Below are positions 1 through 11,393 of a stretch of DNA of 64,000 nucleotides, in pieces (the first letter of the stretch is position 1; each line of letters opens with the position of its first letter). This DNA is from Oopsacas minuta. Lineage: Eukaryota > Animalia > Porifera. A model generated the notes under the pieces. It ran no database searches. It was not told the DNA's origin and saw only the letters and a program-made list of their open reading frames with translations. The stretch lies in contig JAKMXF010000301.1 in the NCBI GenBank assembly GCA_024704765.1, forward strand, positions 1 through 64,000, given 5' to 3'. Position numbers and translations under genes: made by a program.

Positions 1-276
1 TTAACTTGAGTCCTGGGCTAAAATGATTTCTAGAAGGGCTAGAGTCACGATCTCGGTCCACATAGGGGATTTTGAGGACGGCGAGTTCAATGGCGCCATT
101 TTCAACAGCACCTAGGGTCATCTTAAAGGTCAAAAGGTCATATTTCAAGGTAAAATGGGTGAATTTTGGTAACTTTTGCCCGTTTTTTCTGTCTAACTAA
201 TAAAGGTGAGAGATGGCTGATTGTAATGAGTCGCACTAGTGTATAGCAGCACAAATTTGATATTTATTGTCATATA

Positions 277-462
277 CAGTAGAACTCGGTTAGCACGTAT
301 CCTGGATAAGACGTACTTCGGCTTAGTACGTTCTAAATTTTATGAACCAAAATTCACTATTACATAGGATTCTATGTAAATACACCTCGGTTAGTACATA
401 CACTCGGATAGTACTTACTTTTTTAGACTTCCCGAGGGGTACGTCTTATCCGAGTTCTACTG
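277..462. mobile_element. Tc1/mariner-type (pogo/Tigger-like) MITE
   Basis: TA|cagtagaactcgg...ccgagttctactg|TA. Imperfect ~26-bp TIRs, TA target duplication, no coding capacity. Confidence 0.85.
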
Positions 463-505
463 TAGTGAATTACATTATATGCATATCACAACACTATGTC
501 TATCG

Positions 506-826
506 TTAGTTAGAGAGCTTGTCTTGCCTCCTGAGGCATCCCAAAGACTTTTCTTTGTCACTTACATTGAGGACATGAGCTTTCAATAGAATCTTAGCTA
601 AAGTAGTACATGCAGCCTTATTACCTGATAAAGGTGCATCTACAAAGGATAATAGCTCAGCAAAATGAAAGCGGCAAGACATTTTAGTCTGGCCATGCGA
701 ATTATAGACATTGTGTACAAAAAAGACGGTTGACATAGTCGGCACACTCAGTCCATCTCTATTCAAATTATCTAGGAACTCAGATGACACCTCGTTACCA
801 TCTTCATCACCAATGATCTCCTCCAT
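506..826 (-). pseudogene. C-terminal fragment of a probable DNA-transposase (possibly P/THAP9-like)
   Basis: The ORF has an 'LNRDGLSVPT' motif and a basic end (RRQDKLS) reminiscent of P-element-like transposase C-termini. No catalytic motif is visible, so the assignment is tentative. Confidence 0.3.
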
Positions 827-1403
827 ACTAGAGCTATCACCATAAAGGATATGACCTTTAGGTAAGGCGTCCCATCATAGTTTCCTCTACAACCAAAACA
901 GCTGCAACGACGTGGCATATTGTCACAAAAGCTGAAAACAAAACAAAGATCCTGTTAGATCACCAGCTGGAAAGGTTCAATCAAAATATCAGAGTATCAA
1001 TCCAAGTAAAATATGTTGAAAAAGTCTTGACATATGACACATTATCATGCATAATCAATATCAATAAACATGCAAACATATTTGCAACAAGAAAAATAAA
1101 ACATTACCACGCAGCCACTGCACAAAACATGCAAATATCCCAAAACATAAGGAAATGTGGTTGAAAACAGGAAGTTCATATCTGCCTAAGGTCAAAGGGA
1201 AATGTGGCCAATACTCTTATTTTAAGCTTCCTGGTTGTGTCTGGCCCCCAACCACAGGTTAAATATAGGTTCTAATGCTTTTCAATTTTTTAATTGGAGC
1301 CTCTCAGACTCAAGTTAAAAACCCCGAGATCGCGACGTTCCAGTCCTTCTCTAAAGGAGTCTATGATTTCATACGATATTGATAAGTAACTCACTTGTCA
1401 TTA

Positions 1404-3512
1404 CTATCTGTTCTCGCATGCGGTAGAGTGGCTGTGACACCTTGAGTTGCACTTAACCTGCTTCTGTTTGCAAGGGCAATTCATATTCCGGCATGCTTTC
1501 GTACATTGGCATGAGACGCGCGATGTAACCCCTGCCTCTATCCTAGCAGCCGTGCTGACGGACACCTGTGTATCAGGAACATCGTCAGGGTTGAGAAGCT
1601 TGTCAGTCCCGCAGGGTGTTAGGTCTTTGTTGGTGAATGCTGTGCTGATTGTCCCCTGTGCAGTCCCTATCTTGAAAGCCCCCCCACCCGAGTACACATC
1701 CATAACGGTGCCAATGAGACTACGGGGACCAATGCTAGCCCTGTCAGCGTACGGAATGGATATCCTCACATTATCCCCCTTCTCAATAGTCTTGCGACGT
1801 TTCTTGCTAGACTGTATCATGTCAGCTCCTTGCTTTCCGAGTGCTCCCCAGCATCCTTGACGGATCTTCGCAGTATCCTGCGCTTTCCTGCAGTACTCAT
1901 CGCGTGCACAGAAGTACTGTACTGGAGTCTTACCGTACGCCTCTACTCGGTCCAGGCAGTCAGCATGAAATGGATCCAGTTTACAATAGCTGCAACTCAC
2001 AGTACAGTTGCCATCACCTCTTCTACAGGCTGGACAGAGAGGATGGTCAGTGAAGTAGATGTCAGGTGCGGAGGGGATAGGAAATGACGGTGGTAGAGGT
2101 GAGAAGGATGGATCAGAGGGTATCGGCTCGGACTGGCCGGAGGTAATGTTAATATAAGGTGCAACATATGTTCCGATCAGCGGGGGTACAGTAAGGTTGT
2201 AGGAATCGTCATCCAGATCGTCGGCAAACACAGATGAAGTAGGCCTTAGGGTCGTCAAGAGATCGTCCGTATCAGTGTCGTCTGCTGGCGTGTCCTCCTG
2301 CTCCTGGGAGGGAGTGCAAGATGGGTAGGTACTGATATCGTGGGAAGAGCAAGGCTGTGGTAGAGCTGTATCAGTGAGTGTGGCGCTCCCTGCAATATCT
2401 ATTTCATCAGCAGGTTCCTGTAGGGAAAGAGAGGTTAATGACATAGGGCTGGGTGGTGGTGGTGGATGCGGAGTATGAGCATACTCGGTAACCTGTCTGG
2501 TAGCTAGCGCCTGTTCCAGCTGGTCCTCATCATCAAGGGTGTTAAGTACCTCGCTTGGCAGTAGCATATCCACACTGAGATCAGGTGGCGTTCTCCCAAG
2601 GTGTACAGAGAAGGGTGTCGCCTTAATACCCGAGTGGTATGCGTTATTCTTACTATACTGAACAAATGGTAACTCACTTACCCACTGATTGCTCGCTTTA
2701 CCCGCATCCTTGAGACGTGCGAATAATTGCTTCTTGAAATCATCATTAGCTCGCTCCACACTTCCCTGGTCCTGTGAGTGTCTTGGCCTCCCCCGCACAA
2801 GGTGTGTTCTTGTCCAGAGTCTGCGCAGGGCAGTGAATAGATGGTCGTTAACGAACTCTCTCCCATTATCCGTGTGCAAGATGTGTGGCGGGCCATGCTC
2901 ACAGAAGATCAGCACCAGATGTTCAGCCACCTCTTCCGCTTGCGTGGACTTGAGAGCCCTCAGGACGACAAATTTGCTGAAGCAGTCCTGATAGTTGAGG
3001 ATGTAGCAATATTCCTTGTCTGAGCATGTCTGCATATCCACAAGGTCAGCCTGCCCACGCAGCCCAACATTACCAGGTATGATAGGTCTGTGGATGACTT
3101 TCAGTGTAGATTTCCTGCCCTTGTTGGCTTGGCAAATGGCGCAAAGGCGTACGAAGAGGGTAATCACATCAATAAGCACGTGATAGTTGTGGCTCTCGAA
3201 ATACTCGTGCATCTTGTCTCGTCCCCCATGACTGAGCGCCTGATGTGCGGCCACTAACGTATCCCACAGGTCTTCCTTAGCCACTACACGTAACTTGCTT
3301 CGTGTAATACCCCGGTACTCACGTTCTTTCAGGTATAGGACCTTTGCACCCTCAAACTCCTCCACAGAATAGCGCAACTTGGTCCTGCCCCAATTGCGAT
3401 CGTTTGTATTGCAATTATCTTCTCTGCAACCCTTTATAATCCTATTTCTCTCTCTCTCTCCACAACTGTAAAAACAGGTTTTTTTCAAAACCGCCTCAAT
3501 CAACTGCCCCAT
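1404..3512 (-). CDS. KRBA2/SCAND3-like (Ginger/TDD-type) DDE integrase-transposase with HHCC zinc finger, PHD-like finger and C-terminal Cys-rich CXC domain
   Basis: Open 702-aa ORF. HHCC zinc-binding motif (H..SHGGRDK...CAICQ), DDE core (QADLVDM, LHTDNGREF, QGSVERAN), PHD-like CPAC..CSYC..HADC..FC, terminal CQCTKACRNMNCPC..CNSRCH. Visibly GC-richer than the flanks. Confidence 0.9.
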   Translation of the reverse strand: MGQLIEAVLKKTCFYSCGERERNRIIKGCREDNCNTNDRNWGRTKLRYSVEEFEGAKVLYLKEREYRGITRSKLRVVAKEDLWDTLVAAHQALSHGGRDKMHEYFESHNYHVLIDVITLFVRLCAICQANKGRKSTLKVIHRPIIPGNVGLRGQADLVDMQTCSDKEYCYILNYQDCFSKFVVLRALKSTQAEEVAEHLVLIFCEHGPPHILHTDNGREFVNDHLFTALRRLWTRTHLVRGRPRHSQDQGSVERANDDFKKQLFARLKDAGKASNQWVSELPFVQYSKNNAYHSGIKATPFSVHLGRTPPDLSVDMLLPSEVLNTLDDEDQLEQALATRQVTEYAHTPHPPPPPSPMSLTSLSLQEPADEIDIAGSATLTDTALPQPCSSHDISTYPSCTPSQEQEDTPADDTDTDDLLTTLRPTSSVFADDLDDDSYNLTVPPLIGTYVAPYINITSGQSEPIPSDPSFSPLPPSFPIPSAPDIYFTDHPLCPACRRGDGNCTVSCSYCKLDPFHADCLDRVEAYGKTPVQYFCARDEYCRKAQDTAKIRQGCWGALGKQGADMIQSSKKRRKTIEKGDNVRISIPYADRASIGPRSLIGTVMDVYSGGGAFKIGTAQGTISTAFTNKDLTPCGTDKLLNPDDVPDTQVSVSTAARIEAGVTSRVSCQCTKACRNMNCPCKQKQVKCNSRCHSHSTACENR

Positions 3513-3576
3513 TCAACTGGTCAACTAACCATACATTTTATTCATTTTGCGGTTTATAATGGTTTTTCTTTGTAAT

Positions 3577-6500
3577 CTAAATATGATTTAATTCCAATAT
3601 GGGTTCATAATGGTTTACCGCATGTTGTATATAATATGATCCAGCATCATTCGCTGGAGGACTACTCATTATTTCCATTAAACTAGTGCCTTTCCCAGAA
3701 TACACCATCCAACTATTTTTCATCTCTGTAGTACTTACCCAAATATCTGTGTTAAACAATAGAGCTATAGAAAATAATTCGATGTCTCCACCCCACGTTT
3801 TGTCCATATTCATATTCGACTTACTAATGTACTCTTTTGTGCTTCGATATGTAAGAGGAAATTTATTCTGTATAAACTTTAAACATATTTGACTTAGTTT
3901 CCCCACTATACTTTCTGTTATTATTTTTCGAATCATAGCGCTATGACTTGTGCTTCCTGTAACTATATATGAGAGACTTGAGAATAAACAATTCCCATCC
4001 CCGGGAATATGGAAAGTTAATGATGGTTCTAGCTCATTTAAATTGATCGCTTCCTTATTACAGCTATTCGTGCAATTTATCTTACATAATACAGGATTTG
4101 TTAAAGGTAATCCTAAAATATTACAAAGATTACCCTGACCAAGGAATTACATTTGCTTGAAGGGAGGTAATATAACATCGATCGTACCCAGTGCTACTAT
4201 ATCCAAGTCTGTTATAATCTCAATATTTTTAGCTGGGGTATTGGTTCTTCCAAAACTTCTAACGTAGCTTTTTTGGTACATCTGATTGATTTATGTTTAT
4301 TCAAAGGATTAGGTAGATGTTTTGTTTTTGCTAAATTAGAATCCTTCAATTTTTCAAATACTTTGTCCACTGTACATATTTTTGGATGAATGTAGCTATT
4401 TTTGTTTCTCTTCCTTTTCCCCAAATTTCTCTAGATTCCTCCTCCTTAGTAGCCTCTCGCAATTTTCCTTTACTTTGAATACTTTGTGACCCAATGGTTG
4501 AAATGCGAATTCAAATGAAGCCAATCTATCTCGTATGTATGTAAAAAGGCAGCGCATAAAATCACCAACTCTGATATTATTTTGGGATTTAAATATGCAG
4601 TGTTTGACTATTTTAAACCAATTCTCGACTTCTGCATTGCTATCAGTTGAAATAGCATTTATGTTTACTTTACTTAGAATGATCCCACTCCAAAGAGGAA
4701 GCAATGGCATGTAATAAGTCAAAATATATTCGAGGATTTCAGGGCAATAACACCCATTTTGATTTGGTACCAGTTGTTTTCGCTCTGGAAATTTTACAAT
4801 TGCGTTAGAGTAACATTCTTCGAAGTATCTTCCAAAGGGAGACGTTTTTCTATACGTATTACCTTCAGCATTTTCAGGGTAATCATCTATATAAAAGTTT
4901 TCTGAACACTTGCTTTCGAAATTTCCCTTTACTAATTTTTCCAAATCTACTAAACTCTTAATAACTTGAGGTAACCTCAATTCAGTAGTCAGCAAAATAC
5001 ACAATGATTCGAAAACGAGGCTTATTTCTTCAATATTGCTACTTTTCACCATAGTACCGAATGAATGCAATACTAACCGTTTTACCTTTTTGTCTAATTT
5101 ATTAATTCTATCTAATCTACAGCTAATTCGATGCAATATATGTGCCGAACAGAGATGCAAAACAGTTGGAATGTCTGATTTAGTAGTAGTTTTGTTGTTT
5201 ACAATTTCCCAACATTGAGCTAAATATAATGACATACTCAGTCTATTAAATGCCAAACATGTGCTATGCATTATCGCCCAACTATGGTCCATCTCAATAT
5301 GTTCAATTTTCAAATCCTTATGTAGAACTGCCTTACAAGTTAGTACCCATTTATTTAAAAAATGAGTTATCTCTGCCGTGCCATGGTCACTACTGATCAT
5401 TTCTGCAACAGGGACAGGGCTAGTACAGTATACAGGATGTTGCAATGTAAGAGCGTAATAGTAAATGGGTTTTTCACAAGTTGGTGGCTTTTTGATAAGG
5501 GAGCCAGTTGCATCGATATTTAGAACGATGTTGTTATGTTTGAAAGTTTAAATATTTCAATCTGTTTTTTTGTAAATAAATGAATTAGAAATGGGTCTTG
5601 TACTATATATTGTATGTAACCAGGTATTTGATCGTCTGGTAATACAGAACGGAAATGGTTCTGAGTTTCCACAATGTCTACTGCATCATCGTTGGAAAAT
5701 CTTTCCAATGACTTAACATCCGATTTAATTCTCCTTAATGTTTCTTGTGAGATTAGATTAGTGAAATTGCCTCTCTTGAATGCCTCTATATCTTTCTCAT
5801 TTCTAAATTGTTGGTGGAATATATTACTTACTGAGTTGTGAATCAATTTTGCACCTAATTCTTTCCTATTGTCAGACCTAACGTGACGTGCATGAATAGT
5901 TTTCCCATCTTGGTGTGCGAATGAAATACTACTTTCTGATTTGAAGTTCACAATTATATCATCACTAACTGATGCAGGATCATTCGTAATTGAAAAGGTA
6001 ACAAAAATGCAGTTAGGAAATTTACACACAGCAGTAGCCTGAAAGAATGGAGATTTCAAGTTATTACTATCATTTTTCTTAAACCAGTGGTGTTTAAACT
6101 TCAGTACACAAATCGGATTGATTTCAGTAAACCTTTCAGCTATGATATCAGTCCAACCTTTATTTATACGATGTGTATTATTCTCATCTATATAACTAAT
6201 AACGTGCCAAACGTCCTTTTCTAGATAAAATTCCCCTTCGTAATTGCTGTTTTCAGAAGTTTGTGTAGAAGTTGGAAAATCTGTGTGATCATCAGTATTG
6301 TATTCCATTTCCTTAGTTGTATCCAATACTTCTGAAATTTGATTTTGCGTATTTTTTTCTGACATGCTAATGCTATTGGTATAAATGAAATTCAATACTT
6401 CAATACCATTTTCTTTAAAGTCACTTTTTACCTTATCTACCCAATGAACAAAATCTGTTATCATTCCAACACTTAATAATAAATAATTTTTGTCGAATAA

Positions 6501-7503
6501 ATTATTTACTAACCTATAATTTAGGTCATTAAGCTCTGGTGTGGACATTAACCATAAACGAAGTAATGTGCCTTCTTCAATGAGCTTGTCAGAGAACAAA
6601 TTCCCGAATGACTCTTCAAATACTTTGGAACCTTCAAATTGACAAATTTCAAAATATTGCAAGAAGCCAGAAATAACTTTAGGTGCAGTATGATTATAAT
6701 AGCTAAAGCCATCTAGCCACAACTTTGATTCATAGTTAATCAATGAATGAAACAACCGCTCCCCAAGGCTATTCTGATAGTCAATGGGTCCAGTTGAGTA
6801 CTTGTTTTTTAGTTTGTCATATATTTCTAAATCCGAGGAAACGGAAGAACAAACGAGTAAGACGTTATCACAATCTAATATTTCTAATTCAATTGTTGAC
6901 AAATTTAATTGACTGACTGGTAATTTGGTGATCGATTCATTTTCTTGTAGTTTATCACAAATATCTCTCAGTATTGTTGTTGTTATTATGGAAATTCTCT
7001 TTTCAACTGAAAGTATATCTAATCTAACACATACCTGAAACCTGCTTATAGACGTGTTGAGTTCGTGTTGCTTCATTTTGTTGTGAATATCATGCGAATT
7101 ATTCTTCCATTTCAGGTATATGTTCTTCCTGAAACTGGTTCTGTTTCTTCCATTTCAGGTATATGTTCTTCCTGAAACTGGTTCTGTTTCTTCCAAAAAT
7201 ATATTTGGATATATCGCCCCAAACAGAATCAGCCACAGCATTGCTTGCTGTTAAAACGTCAGGAGATATGTCTCTGTCTTTACAAAAGGTGAGGAACAAT
7301 ACCAGATCATTTGGTAAAGCTATTGAGTAAAAGAAATATAATATTTTTTGAATAATCAATAAATGACAATGAAAATAAGTAGCTACCTTTTTCCATTGAC
7401 TCTTCTTTATCTGTTGAGCAGTAATAATTTGAAAAGATGTATGTTGTTTCAGTGAAGCAGAATAAAATTTTTGATATTTATGAATTGTGAGGGTTAAATA
7501 CAA
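3577..7503 (-). mobile_element. Degenerate NOF-FB-like MULE transposase with C-terminal OTU-like cysteine protease
   Basis: ORFs 7099-7503, 5520-7076, 4396-5445, 4212-4424 and 3577-4146 join across frameshifts and stops. They carry NOF-type motifs IDATGS (5517-5500), EMDHSWAIM, HLCSAH, LPLWSG and SNAEVENWFKIVK, followed by the OTU motifs GDGNCLF (4002-3982), WGGDIEL and NHYEP. Confidence 0.85.
7102..7195. repeat. 43-bp tandem duplication
   Basis: ttcttccatttcaggtatatgttcttcctgaaactggttctgt x2 plus a partial third copy. It breaks the NOF-like reading frame. Confidence 0.95.
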
Positions 7504-8069
7504 ACAAAATTGGCACAGGGAATGTTGGTAACACCTAAATCTAACTAGTTTGGGGTGTTAGAAATATGCTGTGACATAAACACACAATTCAAACAATTGT
7601 ATTAAGTTACATAAGGGAAGACATCTCTTGAGTGTGTATCTTACACTCACGACACAGGAAAGTCAACAAAATTATGCAAAATTTTGCCATAACAAACGTC
7701 CAATGTTCTGAAACATGTTCAGATAGTTGAAATTTTGATTTCGAAAAACATGTGAAAAAAAATAATTTTTTTGTAATGCTCAAAAAAAAATGTAAAAAAA
7801 AATTCGAAAATTCAAAATCTTTTTTAATATTCATAAACGTCCCTATGCCTTCTACTTGGTCTCCAATTTTTATCCAAATCCAACAACGAGAAGTGCATCA
7901 AATTTACAACTGAAGTGTGCTCAATAAAATCTTGCGCTAACTTCACACTCGTAATAAACTATCAAAGTACCATTTTATATGGTCGCAGTTAGATGTTAAC
8001 AAAAAGTATTGTAATTCGCTAGAAATACGTAGAAATAAATCTTCATACGTAGATACGTAGATAGCAGTC

Positions 8070-8113
8070 AAATTTACGTAGTCTACGTAAATTTCTTAGA
8101 CTTGGCAGCACTG
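8070..8113. other. Probable transposon terminus with 25-bp palindrome
   Basis: aaatttacgtag-t-ctacgtaaattt palindrome, followed by cttggcagcactg (reverse complement CAGTGCTGCCAAG, a terminal-like motif). No partner end was found. Confidence 0.35.
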
Positions 8114-9153
8114 AGCCAGGCTCTTAGGTTCATACACCTAAACTGTATATTTCCTATTACGATGTGGACGTCTCAGCAGAATTTTACTACGCCTAGAAAT
8201 ATATTTTACCTGAATTTCAGGCACTTCTAGGTACGCCGCAAACAGCCTGGATAATACCCTGATGGGGAAAAATGTAGTTTTGCCAGTTTCTGCTGTAAAT
8301 CGATTAAATTAAGCGCAACCTTACAGCTTGTTTGTTTTTTGATCTATTTTATCAATAATATATAACGCAGGATTTGGGATCGGTACCCCAGGGAGGAATG
8401 GTGACTGAAGTTAGGACGAGGCTATAAAAGCTTAAGAACCACCACTGAATTATACCATATCGCTATATGCTATAAGACCACAAAATCTCCAGGTTACGAA
8501 AGATGACATACAGTATTACTTCAGTTATACAAACACGTGTACTAACAAAAGCATTTCACAGAGACATGCTATCTACGGCTATATAGGGGTTACGATATAA
8601 AGTACAGTGTATGTTGAATTTAAGTTATCCATATTTAAAACCTGGTCCTAAGTAAATTTCTTAAGGCCGAATTAATGAGTGAGCTTAAGCTAACTTAATA
8701 TGAATTACAAAAATACGGTCCATTTATTTGGAGAAACAAAAAACATAATATAAGACACAAAATGACGAGCCAAAAGCTTTGTACTAAGTAAATACTTTGT
8801 TTCGAATATAAATGAAAACAAATTTACAGAATAATAAATTGGTCAGTACTGAAAGGTAACAAACTGAAGGAGCTAACAATTCTGGATTAACAAGTTGAAT
8901 ATCCAAAGAACAACCAGAAAGTAAATGAGAAAATAAGAGAATTGGATAATTTAGAGGATTTGCAAATCTGACTGATATTCTACTGTATCAATTAATGGTA
9001 AGCAGTTGAGTCCTAGTTGATCATGCTTATGCCCTACTGAAATATTAAAGTATAAATACTGCTTCTAAAGTGTATTATTTAGCGAGAGCTGAGCTTTTAT
9101 TCAATATTGTGATCAATTTTTATAACGCTTTAATTAACAACCAAAAATTAAAT

Positions 9154-10147
9154 ATGGTACATGTCCCTTGCTATCCAGGCGATTACCAGCGAATGAATAA
9201 CGAGAACATGTTCTACTCTCAAAATATGCATCAATTTCTTTCAGATCAGTTCAATTGTGCTCCTTATCTCCCACCTCATGCGCTAGCACAAAGACCATAC
9301 AATCCTACCAACCACAATAATATTCCACCTCATAACTATGTTCACGAACCTCAATACATGCCACCCTGTACACCGATGAGTCAGCTTCCTTTCTACAATG
9401 AACAACCTGTTTCTCCTCAAGATATATCTGCTTTCCAAACTCCACCCCAGAAAATATGCTACTATGCAGATTCAAACGATGGGTACACTCCGAATCTACC
9501 CAACTATTTGAACAGTTATGTGCAAACAAGCCAATTCACAAGCGAATCAACTGAGAGTGAGGTAATTACTGCTTTTAATAACTAAGCCTAACAATTTGTA
9601 GTAAAAACACAAATAAAGAAATGTAAATAATAGATTTGCAAATTTAAATAATGTTATTTTTAGGAAATGAGCAAAGAAGGTGTGAAAAATCTAATGAGTA
9701 AACAGATAATAGCAATATTGGAACAACAGGGTCCAACAGCTAATGGAAAGAGGAAAAGAATAAAAGTAAGGAATTTTCTAATTATATGCTAATTATGCAT
9801 GTATCGTTCATTTATTGCTTGTAATTAAAATAATCAATTCTTTAGAGAGGAACCCTTACTGAATCGCAAAAAGTATATTTGAGAAGAGAGAGGAATCGTG
9901 TCGCAGCCACAAAGTACAGAGAAAAGAGAAGGCAACAAAGCAGCGTCAATAAACTGGTAAGTAATTGAAATATTACTTCAACATTTCAATCGTTATTTTA
10001 ATTGATATATTTTTATAGAAATATGAGGAATATGATGAAAAAAATCTGGAAATTCGGATGGATATCGAACGATTGGAGCGACAAAAAGTGTACCTGCTTA
10101 GCGTAATAGAATCCCACTCCTGTATCAAAACCCCTCATATCACTTAG
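9154..10147 (+). CDS. bZIP transcription factor (Fos/ATF3- or ATF4-like), 4 exons: 9154-9561, 9664-9765, 9846-9956, 10019-10147; ~249 aa
   Basis: Three phase-0 GT-AG introns (102, 80, 62 bp) join into one frame. Basic region RRERNRVAATKYREKRR, zipper ...KNLEIRMDIERLERQKVYLLSVIESHSC, P/Q/Y-rich N-terminus. The start codon is inferred. Confidence 0.88.
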
Positions 10148-10678
10148 TTAAACCCCAAAGATATTGCAAAATTACAGATCTCCCAATTAATTATTTTATT
10201 TGAATGTTTCTTTTTAATATCAATTTTTAACATCAATTTATTAATTTACTTATAGAATAATTAATAACAGTTCAATCAAGATTCTTACGTTTTAAGAAAT
10301 TAAATTTCAATAAAGAATTAACTTACATTTACATTACATAACTCATAGTGTCTAACTGGATTTGCACAAATTCCTTTCCCAAGAAAGGCAATGATTAGAT
10401 CAATAAGGAATACGATGGAATAATAGAGAATATTGGAAAACTTTCATAGATCAAAGAATTTGAATTATCTTTGAAGTAGAACTTGAAATGCTTGTTGTAA
10501 AGGGGATACTTCAAAATATATTCGGACACTTCCGAGCACTTTACCGCTAACTATTGTGAGATAGCAAAACTGTAATCTATACCTTAGGATTACCAATAAA
10601 AATAGCAAAAATCCGCTCATTTAATTTATTGATGCTTTGGGCCATATCCAAAAAATAAAATCCTGTACATTGGCAGTG

Positions 10679-10883
10679 TTAGTTTAAATGAAATCCTTTT
10701 TCTTTGGTAGCAGCCATGAGGCATAGCTGCATCTCTTCTTCAGTTTTGTACTCCGGGAGCTTGAGGCAATAGAAACACGTGTTGACAGAAGGGAGACTTC
10801 CTTACCACACACGGTCTGGGATGGAGGTTGGCAAGTCCGCCTGGAGGGAGAGAAGATAACCCAGTCACAAATTGCACAAATGC
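10679..10883 (-). pseudogene. HECTD1: HECT E3 ligase HECTD1-like terminal exon, frameshifted
   Basis: After an AG acceptor: [29 protein letters not shown], then in another frame [37 protein letters not shown]. This matches the HECTD1 C-terminus, with only 4 nt where about 24 are expected. Confidence 0.85.
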
Positions 10884-11239
10884 CTATGTAAGATGAACAC
10901 ATATGAGCTATATGCTATGGTTAAGTAAGAATATTTTGTTGATATGTTATTTACAATGAATAATCACTAATGTTATCGCGTTTCTTTCTAAATGTATATT
11001 TGCAAACAAATTGGATATGCAAATTTAGAACATTTCTATTTACGATCTCGTAATGGTATCTGTGTTAATGTCAGTTGTCTGTAAATACGTAATTAGTTCA
11101 TATGCGTAGCTTCTTCAGTTCAAACACTTCACTAAACGATTACAACGTTTTGCCCTTTTACAAATATGTAGGAGTCACTCAACTCAAATAAAATCATGAT
11201 TAGATTTAATAAAATTACTTTTGTACAGAACTAATAGTA

Positions 11240-11393
11240 CAGTAGAACTCGGATAAGACGTACCATCTCGGGAAACGATAATTAGTACGTACTAACCGAG
11301 TTATTTCTAATCTGAATATTCTTCCTATATACAATCAGTAAAAGAATAGATAAACTGTTTTGGGGAAAAGTACGTATTAACCAACTTCCACTG
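11240..11393. mobile_element. MITE of the same family as 277-462
   Basis: TA|cagtagaactcggataagacgtacc...cttccactg|TA. A further partial relative starts at 11881 (cagtcagactcggataag). Confidence 0.75.

Noticed and set aside
1447-3023. Overlapping short ORFs within the integrase
   Set aside because: They are shadow frames of a GC-rich coding region and show no recognisable motifs.
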